From the NCBI RefSeq assembly GCF_000406145.1, contig NZ_AOOE01000043.1, positions 60,001-92,000 on the forward strand: a DNA stretch of 32,000 nt. Direction: 5' to 3'. The translations under genes and the position numbers were made by a program. The notes under the pieces were generated by a model. It saw only the letters and a program-made list of their open reading frames with translations. It had not been told where the DNA came from and did no database searches. Positions 19,470-28,300 of the stretch are shown here, one piece after another. The DNA comes from Dickeya dadantii NCPPB 898 (GTDB taxonomy: Bacteria > Pseudomonadota > Gammaproteobacteria > Enterobacterales > Enterobacteriaceae). Every line of letters starts with the position of its first letter. The stretch's first letter is position 1.

Positions 19470-19985
19470 ATCACTACCAGTGAAGTTCGCCAGCAGCTTG
19501 CCGCGCATCTGACACGCCTGTGGCGCTATGGTCTGGTGCTGTCGCGCAGTCACGACGCTGCTGAAGAATTAGTTCAGTCCACCTGCGTTCGCGCGCTCGA
19601 AAAGAGCGCGCAATTTACGCCGGGTACCCGTATCGACAGATGGCTATTTTCCATTCTTCACTCTATTTGGATTTCCGACCTGCGCGCCCGCCGCGTGCGT
19701 ATGGGGCAAGGATTTGTCGAAAGCGATGAATTGTTGGCGCCGGATACCCACGCGCTGAATGACGATCGCCGGCATTACCAGAAAATCATGCAACGGGTAA
19801 ACGCGCTGCCTGAAGCGCAACGCAACGCCATATTTTTAGTTTATGTCGAAGGGTTTACCTATCAGGAGGCGGCAGACACGTTATCGGTACCGATCGGCAC
19901 GATTATGAGCCGGCTGGCGGCGGCACGGACCATTCTGGCCCAATCGGTTGACGCCCCGGTGTCCGAGAAGGAAAAACGTTCATGA
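19470..19985 (+). CDS. ECF (group 4) RNA polymerase sigma factor; start codon uncertain (ATC at 19470 proposed; first canonical start is GTG at 19536)
   Basis: Sigma2 (AEELVQSTCVRALEK..RWLFSILHSIWISDLRARR) and sigma4 HTH (LPEAQRNAIFLVYVEGFTYQEAADTLSVPIGTIMSRLAAAR). The frame is open from 19365 and encodes EVRQQLAAHLTRLWRYGLVLSRSHDAAEELVQ upstream of the GTG. GAGGA at 19458-19462 lies 7 nt before the in-frame ATC. Confidence 0.75.
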   Translation: MTTSEVRQQLAAHLTRLWRYGLVLSRSHDAAEELVQSTCVRALEKSAQFTPGTRIDRWLFSILHSIWISDLRARRVRMGQGFVESDELLAPDTHALNDDRRHYQKIMQRVNALPEAQRNAIFLVYVEGFTYQEAADTLSVPIGTIMSRLAAARTILAQSVDAPVSEKEKRS

Positions 19986-20785
19986 GATCAACGAGTTTTA
20001 TTCCCCCTTACAGCGACGAAGCCATCGTTGCCTGGCTTGACGGTGAGATGAATGACACCGATGCACAGCGGTTCGAACAAGAGCTCAGAAGCGACGATCA
20101 ACTTGCCGTGCGCATCGCTACGCTGCAGAAAAGCGATCTGGCGTTTAAAGAAGCCTTCGAGCCGTTGCTCGATGACGCGCCCCAGGCCCGCATGCAGCAT
20201 CGGCTTGAGCAACTGCTAACAACGACGCCCTCGGCGGGAGAAACCTCACCGCGCACCGGGGTTAGCCGCCGTTCGCTGATTGCCGCCTCGCTCAGTTTTC
20301 TGGTGATGGGTTCAGGGCTGGGGTATCTGGCGCGCCCGGCCTCGGCGGTGCGTAGCGAGAGCGAGAAAATTCGCGATCTTGAGGCCCGCTACATGTCGCT
20401 ATACAGCGCGGAAACGCTGCTCGATATGGACAGCGCATCGCCCGTGCTGGCTCGCGGACTGGCGCGTACCGCGCAGGACATTGGGCTACATCTGAGCGAA
20501 CAGCAGCTTACTATTCAAGGCGCGGAGCTGAAAATGGTACGTATGCTGCGCTACGACAGCACCTCAATCGCACAGATTGCCTGGATGCATGCCGATTACG
20601 GGCCGATGGCGTTGTGCATTTCCCCTGATCGTCAACAAAGCGCAACCTCGATCAACCATGAACAGCGACATGGAATGCATCTGGCCTGGTGGTATGCCGG
20701 GGGCTATCAGTTCGTATTGATCGGCCGCAATCCCGTCTCGCAGCTTAGCGATAGCGCGCTCAGGTTGCAGACCTCACTGACCTAA
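19982..20785 (+). CDS. Single-pass anti-sigma factor (N-terminal anti-sigma domain, TM helix, periplasmic domain)
   Basis: The ATG overlaps the sigma stop (ATGA, 19982-19985). N-terminus AIVAWLDGEMNDTDAQRFEQEL is typical of non-zinc anti-sigma domains. TM segment RRSLIAASLSFLVMGSGLGYLA. The ~150-aa C-terminal domain has unknown function. Confidence 0.7.
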   Translation: MRSTSFIPPYSDEAIVAWLDGEMNDTDAQRFEQELRSDDQLAVRIATLQKSDLAFKEAFEPLLDDAPQARMQHRLEQLLTTTPSAGETSPRTGVSRRSLIAASLSFLVMGSGLGYLARPASAVRSESEKIRDLEARYMSLYSAETLLDMDSASPVLARGLARTAQDIGLHLSEQQLTIQGAELKMVRMLRYDSTSIAQIAWMHADYGPMALCISPDRQQSATSINHEQRHGMHLAWWYAGGYQFVLIGRNPVSQLSDSALRLQTSLT

Positions 20786-20802
20786 CCTGTGGCCCAACGA
20801 TG

Positions 20803-20845
20803 CCCTTCCCTCCACGCCCCGCTAGCCAGCGCGTGGAGGAAGGGG
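20803..20845. terminator. Hairpin between the convergent anti-sigma and yceI genes (possible bidirectional terminator)
   Basis: CCCTTCCCTCCACGC (20803-20817) pairs with GCGTGGAGGAAGGGG (20831-20845) with one bulge. Only a short T run follows. Confidence 0.4.
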
Positions 20846-20847
20846 TT

Positions 20848-21423
20848 TCATAATGCGCGCCGGACCTGCGCCTGAATATCAATGTTAATCGCGACCCGGT
20901 CATCCACCAGCGCCATAAACCGATCCATATCAAAGGCCGAACGTGAAATAGCGGTTGTCGCATGAAGAAACAACGTCCCCCCGGTCGGCGATGCGCCCGT
21001 ATATTCCTCCAGCGTGGTTTCCAGAACGACGGGTCGCTGAATGTTTTTTACCGACAGCGAACCAAACACCCGAAAGTGGCCATGCCCTTGCGCCACAACC
21101 CTATTGCTGGTGAAAACAATCCAGGGATAGTGTTTTGCGTCAAAAAACATACCGCTTTTCAACTGGTAGGTCAGCAGGGAGTTGGACGCTTCAAGCGTAG
21201 CAACGGGGATTTTCACTTCAATGCGATCATCGGTTTCCTTCGCGGAATCCAGTGTGACGTCCCCCGTTACGCCATCCAGATGCGCCTGTGAGGTATCGCC
21301 AAATGCGCGCCATGACAACGCAATGGCGGTCTTATTCGTTGAAATAGTGTAGTTGAGGGGAGTGGCGTGTAGCGTTGAACTTATCAGCAGCCCAACGGCC
21401 ACTGCGGGAATGATGCGCATCAT
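20848..21423 (-). CDS. YceI-family periplasmic (polyisoprenoid-binding-like) protein
   Basis: ORF 20848-21465. Preferred start is MMRIIPAVAVGLLISSTLHA (ATG at 21423, GAGGAG 9 nt upstream). YceI pattern FFDAKHYPWIVFTSNRV...FRVFGSLSVKNIQRPVVLETTL. Confidence 0.85.
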   Translation of the reverse strand: MMRIIPAVAVGLLISSTLHATPLNYTISTNKTAIALSWRAFGDTSQAHLDGVTGDVTLDSAKETDDRIEVKIPVATLEASNSLLTYQLKSGMFFDAKHYPWIVFTSNRVVAQGHGHFRVFGSLSVKNIQRPVVLETTLEEYTGASPTGGTLFLHATTAISRSAFDMDRFMALVDDRVAINIDIQAQVRRAL

Positions 21424-21455
21424 AACGGGAAGCTCCTCAAAGCAGACAACGCGTA

Positions 21456-21480
21456 AACGCTTCAAGGTGCTACTTTATTC
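21456..21480 (-). promoter_or_regulatory. Candidate ECF-type promoter of yceI
   Basis: The minus strand reads GAATAAA-GTAGCACCTTGAAG-CGTT(TA). The CGTT lies 33 nt before the yceI ATG. Motif and spacing are the same as at 18825-18849. Confidence 0.3.
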
Positions 21481-21559
21481 ATTCCCCCTGGGGACAGACA
21501 AAAAACGGCCGCATCAAGGCCCGGACATTCACCGTAAAAATGAATCATGCGCTGATTTT

Positions 21560-23017
21560 TCACACAGTAAACGCCAGATGAATTTCCCGGTCGGACAAAC
21601 GGCGCAAATACCGGGAGTGTTCTGAGTTAACCGAATATCCGAATATCTCGATACGGTTTCGGCCGTTGGCCTTGGCCTGATATAACGCGTTATCGGCCTT
21701 TTTGATCAGTTGCTGATAATCCGGGTGGTTATCGAACTCGGCAATACCAACGCTGATGGTTACCGAGATGCCCTTTTCCGCCGTTGCCGGAATATATAAC
21801 CCGGCGATCAATTGACGAATCGAATCAAAGATCATGGCGGCTTGCGACGTCTGGGTTTCGACCAGCAGCACCATGAATTCTTCGCCGCCATAGCGAAAGA
21901 CATAATCGCTGCTTCGCACACTTTCGTATATTTTCGTCGCGATTGTCTTAAGTGTCAGATTACCGGTTTCATGCCCGTAATTGTCATTGATCTTTTTGAA
22001 ATGATCGATATCAATCATCGCCAGAATAAACGGCTTTCCCGAGCTGATAGCCAGCGCGATTTCCCGCCGCATAATGGTCGGAATAAAGCGGCGATTGAGC
22101 AGATTAGTCAGCGGATCCTTACCGTTTTCGAATTTAATCAGTTCATCAAACATGGAACAGAGTATTGAATTAACCTGCCCAACTAACTGGCGGACGTCGC
22201 GTAATAATTGAGTGCGTATCGCCGTATTTTCGACGTGGTGGGGAAATGTCTCCCTCACCCGATTATCCACCTGCCGGATCAATGCCTCCAGCTTTTTCAA
22301 TAAATCCGGACCATTGAACAAATGCCGTCCTTTATGAAAAAACCACAGACCAAATTCCGATTTTTCCAGCAGGACAATCTCTTCAGACGGTAGCCCAGTC
22401 GCCACGTTATAAATGAACTGATTTTCCCAATTCATTAATGCGCCAAGTTGCCGCTCTCGTTCAACATTCACATCGTCATAAATCGACAAAATACGATAGC
22501 GTTCCTGATCGCGCATCGCGCTTTTGTAACCGGGAGAATACGCGGTGGTCATCGCCTCAATCGCGGTATCGATAACCAGACTGCTAAAACAGACCGCCTG
22601 ATTAATCAGCGCGGCATCCAGGTTGCGTTTCCTGTCCAATAACCTGAACAGTTCATTTTTCAGTTTACGCGCGCCTCTGGCCACCAGGTCGGTCGGAATA
22701 CCGATGCGCGCATGAATAACGCCAACCTGCTGCTGCCGTTCCAGCAATGCCGATAACGACTCGGTGGCGCTGCCCAATACCGAACGTAGCCAGTGATACA
22801 TACTTTCGTTGAGTTGGTTGGCGACTTGTTGGGTATTGAGATACAGACTGGCCTTTTTATCCTGAAGCATATAGTCGTAAAACACGCTGACCAGCTGACG
22901 CAATTCTTCTTCACATAAATCGCGTAATAATTCATGAGCGTCAGAAGACGTCAAATTAACCAGCTCTTGCCACTCAGCGAGCAGCAATTCATTATTATCA
23001 CTTTGTTCAGTATGCAT
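21560..23017 (-). CDS. Globin-coupled sensor diguanylate cyclase (DosC/DgcO-like)
   Basis: 485 aa. The N-terminal sensor-globin-like domain aligns with recalled DosC (LVSVFYDYMLQD...NTQQVANQLNESMYHWLRSVLG, candidate proximal His in VGVIHARIGIP). C-terminal GGDEF domain with RYGGEEF and an RxxD I-site (RSSD) 5 residues upstream. Confidence 0.88.
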   Translation of the reverse strand: MHTEQSDNNELLLAEWQELVNLTSSDAHELLRDLCEEELRQLVSVFYDYMLQDKKASLYLNTQQVANQLNESMYHWLRSVLGSATESLSALLERQQQVGVIHARIGIPTDLVARGARKLKNELFRLLDRKRNLDAALINQAVCFSSLVIDTAIEAMTTAYSPGYKSAMRDQERYRILSIYDDVNVERERQLGALMNWENQFIYNVATGLPSEEIVLLEKSEFGLWFFHKGRHLFNGPDLLKKLEALIRQVDNRVRETFPHHVENTAIRTQLLRDVRQLVGQVNSILCSMFDELIKFENGKDPLTNLLNRRFIPTIMRREIALAISSGKPFILAMIDIDHFKKINDNYGHETGNLTLKTIATKIYESVRSSDYVFRYGGEEFMVLLVETQTSQAAMIFDSIRQLIAGLYIPATAEKGISVTISVGIAEFDNHPDYQQLIKKADNALYQAKANGRNRIEIFGYSVNSEHSRYLRRLSDREIHLAFTV

Positions 23018-23268
23018 TATTAAATTAACAGTAAGTTGTTTTCATATTGTCCTACGACGTCGCCTGACAAACTCGTGGCCCCTTTTTGACGCCACGGAGT
23101 GTACCCAACTTACCTCAAATTCCCAAATGTATTTCAGCGCCAATACATTAATAAAATTACTTATTTTGGTAATGATTCGTTAAAAAAACGCCATAATACG
23201 GCACTAATCGCTACGGAAAGGCGGCACCATCGCATAATCAATAATGCCGCCTTAATAATAACCGCCGT

Positions 23269-25314
23269 TTATTCCACCAGTCCGCTTACCCGCAACACCC
23301 GCCGGTCGACCGCCTCCGCCAGCACCGTGCTGTGCTTCCCCACGCAGCCGAGGCTGAACGCGTGTTTGGCGCGGGTAATACCGGTGTACACCAGTTCGCG
23401 GGTCAGGATCGGGCTTAAAGAATCCGGCAGCAGCAAGGCGGTGTGGGCGAATTCCGACCCCTGGGATTTGTGCACCGTCATGGCGAACACCGTTTCCACC
23501 GCGGGCAGTCGCCCCGGCAGCACCCAGCGGATACCCGATGAGCCATCGCCGGCCGGAAACGCCACCCTGGTCGCCCACCCCCATGAACCGTCCGGCTGGA
23601 GCAGCGGCACCTGTAGGGTGATGCCGATATCGCCGTTCATCAGCCGCTGGCTATAATCGTTGCGGGTCACCATCACCGGCCGCCCCGGATACCAGCCTTG
23701 CCAGGCCGCCAGCAAGCCGTCCCGATACAGCAGTTGGGCGATGCGCCCATTCATACTGTCGACGCCCCACGGCCCGTTGCGCAACGCGCACAACAGTTGG
23801 AACTGGCCGAAGGCATCCAGAATCTGCGCCGCCCAGATGTCGAACTCGCTTTGCGGCGCCGTCAGCGCCGGCCGAGTCGAGGCCATCCGTCTCAGGTAGT
23901 TGCCGTAGCCCACCGGCGCCGCCGCAGCGGGCTGAGCGCCGAACCGATCGGCGGCGCCGTCAATAACCCATTCACGCAGCGCGCGGTTATCATTCGCCGT
24001 CAACGTCAGGCGCGCCAGGTCGGCATACCCCTGCCGCCAGACAGACGCCAACGCCGCCGCATCGCCGGCGTTCACCGCCTCCGCCAGTTGGCCGATGCCG
24101 CTGTCAGCGCCAAAGCGGTAGCTGTGACGCAGCATGGCGATGGATTGATCCAGCGCGCTGCCTTGCGGGTCGAGCAGCGAATCGTCCGGCGCGTCCCCCG
24201 CCACCTCGCGTAACCAGTCGCGGGTCTGCGGCAGGTAATGCCCTTGTGCGGCGCGCTGGCACAGTTCGCCCATCAATGCGCCGGCTTCCACCGACGCCAG
24301 TTGATCTTTATCGCCCAGCAGAATCAGGCGGGACCGGGCCGGCATCGCCGCCAGCAGCGCCGCCATCATCTCCAGATCCACCATCGACGCTTCATCCACC
24401 ACCAGCACATCCAGCATCAACGGATTATCGGCGTGATGACGGAAATGCCGGGTATCCGGCCGGCTGCCCAGCAACCGGTGCAGGGTCACCACCTCGCTAT
24501 TGATATGCTCCCGAATAACCTCTCCCTGCGCCAGCCCATCCAGCGTCAGGCCGGCAATGGCCCCGGCAATCGACTCGTTCAGACGGGCCGCCGCCTTGCC
24601 GGTGGGCGCCGCCAGCCGAATCCGCAACGGCTTGCCGTGCTGTTCCATCGCCAGCGACTGCAACAGCGCCAGCAGTTTCACCACGGTGGTGGTTTTCCCG
24701 GTGCCCGGCCCGCCGGTGATGATGCTGAAGGCACTGCCCGCCGCCAGCGCGCAGGCCAGTTTCTGCCAGTTGGCGGAGCCGGCCGCGGTGGCAGGAAACA
24801 GCGCATCCAACCGCTGGCGCAGCGCCGCTGGCGTTATCGCCGCCCGCAGCGCGTCGTTTTGTGTCAGTTGCTGCGTAATGGCGTGGCGCACATCCTGCTC
24901 GTATCGCCAGTAACGGCGCAGATACAGACGCGCGCCGACCAGCACCAGCGGCGTGCTGCCTTCCCCCGACGATACCAGTTGCGGCTGTTGCAACGCCGCC
25001 TGCCAGGACGACAGGGTAACGCCCGCCAGAACCTCCGCCGGGCGCGCAATCTTACGATTTTCACTGCGATCGCCTTCCGGCGGCAGCGCCAATGAAAACC
25101 CGCTGTCGGCAAGCGTGGCGTCCAGATCGAGGCACACATGCCCGCGCCCAAGCTGATAGCTGACCAGCGCCGCGCCCAGCAGCAACAAGGGCGACGCCTC
25201 CGGGCACTCCTGATGCAGAAAGCGCACCAACGCCCGATCCAGCTCCCGCAACCAGCCGCACTCAACCCACTGGTCCAGCAACAGGGTTAATTCGTCATAA
25301 CGGGTTATGTTCAT
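23269..25314 (-). CDS. recD: Exodeoxyribonuclease V subunit alpha
   Basis: 681 aa. Walker A GGPGTGKTTTV, APTGKAAARL, VVDEASMVD, LLGDKDQLASVEAG, and C-terminal MTVHKSQGSEF. The start overlaps the recB stop (ATGA). Confidence 0.93.
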   Translation of the reverse strand: MNITRYDELTLLLDQWVECGWLRELDRALVRFLHQECPEASPLLLLGAALVSYQLGRGHVCLDLDATLADSGFSLALPPEGDRSENRKIARPAEVLAGVTLSSWQAALQQPQLVSSGEGSTPLVLVGARLYLRRYWRYEQDVRHAITQQLTQNDALRAAITPAALRQRLDALFPATAAGSANWQKLACALAAGSAFSIITGGPGTGKTTTVVKLLALLQSLAMEQHGKPLRIRLAAPTGKAAARLNESIAGAIAGLTLDGLAQGEVIREHINSEVVTLHRLLGSRPDTRHFRHHADNPLMLDVLVVDEASMVDLEMMAALLAAMPARSRLILLGDKDQLASVEAGALMGELCQRAAQGHYLPQTRDWLREVAGDAPDDSLLDPQGSALDQSIAMLRHSYRFGADSGIGQLAEAVNAGDAAALASVWRQGYADLARLTLTANDNRALREWVIDGAADRFGAQPAAAAPVGYGNYLRRMASTRPALTAPQSEFDIWAAQILDAFGQFQLLCALRNGPWGVDSMNGRIAQLLYRDGLLAAWQGWYPGRPVMVTRNDYSQRLMNGDIGITLQVPLLQPDGSWGWATRVAFPAGDGSSGIRWVLPGRLPAVETVFAMTVHKSQGSEFAHTALLLPDSLSPILTRELVYTGITRAKHAFSLGCVGKHSTVLAEAVDRRVLRVSGLVE

Positions 25315-28300
25315 GCCGTCGCCTCCGTTTCGCCGCTAAACAGGCGATCCAGCGCCTCAATCAGCGATCGGTCCGGCCGCTCGGCGCACACGCCGCCGCC
25401 CGGCGCCTGACTGCCGCGCAGGAACAGGTATAACGCGCCGCCGACGTGACGGTCGTAGTCGTAATCCGGCAGGCGGGATTTCAGCAAGCGGTGCAGCGCG
25501 AACAGATACAGCGCCAGTTGCAGATCGTAACGGTGATCCAGCATGTCGCTCGCCATACGCGGTGGGTCATAGTCGGCGGCGTCCGCCCCCAGCCAGTTGG
25601 ATTTGTAGTCCAGCACGTAGTAGCGCCCCTGATGTTCAAACACCAAATCGATAAACCCTTTCAGCATGCCGTTAAGCTGTTCACGCATCAGCGCCGCACG
25701 CGGTTCACCCGCCAGCGTGGCGGCCCTGACCTGTTGATCCAATATCTGGGTGTCGACCTGATTGAGCGCAAACCAGAACTCCATTTCCACCTGATACTGC
25801 GTCAGCCCGGCCAGCGAGACTGCGCTGCCGGGTTGCGTCGGCAACGCCAGTGGCTGGCTAAGCAGCGTCATCAACCAGTCGGTGAGCATCGGTATCCACT
25901 GCGTCCAGCCTTGCCGGTTACAGCGCCGCGCCACCTGATCCTCCACCCGGGGCCGATCCGCCGCCAGCAAGGCGAAGCCCTCTTTCCCGGCCCACTCCAG
26001 CAGGCCGTGCAGAAAACTGCCCGGTGCCGCGCCGCGTGGAAAACTGTACATGTCGAAGCCGGACGGCAACGGCGGCAGACGCTCCGTCGACGCCTGCGGT
26101 TCGCTAAAGGTTTCCTGCTTCGCGCTCTGCACTTCGGGCTCGTCGCCCGCAGCAGGTTCACGAAACTCGCGGTAATGCCCTTCCGGTGCCAGTTGTAAAC
26201 CGGAATAGCTGGTGATACGCCAGCGGTGACTGCGCATATCCGGCAACGGCGGCTCCTGCCCCAACGCCGGCGTATGCAGCTCGGCGCGATAGACAGCGTC
26301 ATCCGTCTCCGGCAACGGCGCAATCTGGCTGTCCGCGCCGCACCAGGTCGACAGTTGTTGCGTCAGTTGCGCCGGTTCCAGCGGTTCGCCGGCGCCGAGC
26401 AGGTAACCAGGCGCGCTTTTCTCCAGCTCTTTCAGCGGCGCCATGCCAAGCCACATGGCGTAGCGGGCGCGGGTCAGCGCCACATAAAATTTACGCAGGT
26501 CCTCGCCCAGCCGCTCATGGTCGGCACGCTGCACCGCCTCGTCGCTGGCAATCAACTCAAGGCGCGGCTTCGCGTCATCATCATGAAATTTCAGCGGCAC
26601 GTCCCGGTGGCTGACGGTGCGAAACGCACAGGCAAACGGCAGAAACACCAGCGGATACTCCAGCCCTTTGGACTTGTGGACGGTGACCACCTTCACCAGA
26701 TCGGCATCGCTTTCCAGCCGCAGTTTCAGGGTGTCGCCGCCGGGGTTATCCGCCTGGCGCTGCTCCGCCAGATAGCGGATCAGCGCGTGCTCGCCGTCCA
26801 GATGCACGCTGGCCTGTTGCAGCAATTCCGACAGGTGCAGCATATCGGTCAGCGCGCGGGTATTATCGGCGGCCAGCAGCCGGCGCGGCACATCGAAATC
26901 CCACATTAGCCGCCGCAGCATCGGCAACACGCCTTGCTGTTGCCAGCAGCGCTGGTAGTGGTCAAATTGCATCACCCGGCGTTCCCACTCCTGCTCGTCG
27001 TGGTTTAAGCGGTCGAGCGCCTGCCAGCTCAGCCCCAGCGCTGGGGTCGCCAGCGCGGCGCGCAGCAGCCGATCGTTCTCTGGGTCGGCGCAGGCCGCCA
27101 GCCAGCAGTGCAGTTCGCCGGCCTGCGGACTGTCGAACACCGACTCCCGGTCCGACAGATACACGCTGCGCACGCCACGGGCGGAAAGTTGCGCCCGCAC
27201 CGCCATCGCTTCGCGCCCGGTATTGACCAGCACCGCCATATCCCCCGGTTTGACCGGGCGCAGCGGCTGCCCCGGTACGGCAAAACCGGCCCGGCCTTGC
27301 CCGCCGAGTTGCAGCAGCCGCACCATTTCGCGGGCGCAGCCGGCAGCCATGCGCTGGCGGTATTCCGCCGACGACAGCGGTTCGTCCGTCGCCAGCGTCC
27401 AGCAGGTCAACGCCGCGGCGTCAGCGCCGTCCAGCACCCACGCCTCGTCGCGGCCGTTGGCCTGCACCGGTAAAAACGGCACCGGATTGTCGCCGTCCGG
27501 CTGACGAAACAGAAACGCCCCCGCGCCGTCGGCACGATTTTCCGCCTGCATGAACACCTGATTGACGGCGCCGACCATCGCCTGGGTGGATCGGAAGTTA
27601 GTGCCCAGCGTGTAATGCCGCCCGTCGGTATCGCGGCGGGCGCGCAAATAGGTATAGATATCGGCGCCGCGAAACGCGTAAATCGCCTGTTTCGGGTCGC
27701 CGATCAGAATCAGCCCTTGCTGCGGGTCGTTGTCCGCCACCCGGTAAAGGGTATCGAAAATGCGGTATTGCAGCGGATCGGTGTCCTGAAACTCGTCGAT
27801 CATCGCCACCGGGAATTGACGGCGAATACGCTGCGCCAGCCGTTCGCCGTTGTCGCTGCGCAGCGCGGCATCCAGCCGGGTCAGCAGGTCCTGAAACCCC
27901 ATTTGCGCCCGGCTCTCCTGCTCGTGGCGAAACCGCTGGCTGACCCAACGGCAGGCGTGCCGCAGTAACTGACTGCGCGGCTCCGGTAATTCGCTCAGCT
28001 GCTGCGGCAACGTCTCCATCGCGGTCAAGGCCGGATGCTGCGGCGCCTCTTCCGGCACTTTCCAGCACTCCCGCAACCCTTGCGGGGTCAGCCGCGTCCA
28101 GCCGGTGCCGATATCCAGCGTCGTCTCATCGCTGGTGGCCCAGTGGTGCAGTTTGTCCAGCCACGGCTCGAAATAGCGGGCCTGCAGCTTATGACCATTC
28201 GCCTTTTTCTGTGCCACCGCGTCGTTCAACAGGTCGCGCAACTCGACGCACCACTGCGGCCAGGGCGCTTTCAGCGCGCTCAGACGGCGCGTTTTTTCTT

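Noticed and set aside
23218-23253. Hairpin AAGGCGGCA-N18-TGCCGCCTT downstream of recD as an intrinsic terminator
   Set aside because: It has a good 9-bp stem, but there is no T run on the recD strand after it and the loop is large. It may be a REP-like or stabilising structure, but a terminator call is not supported.
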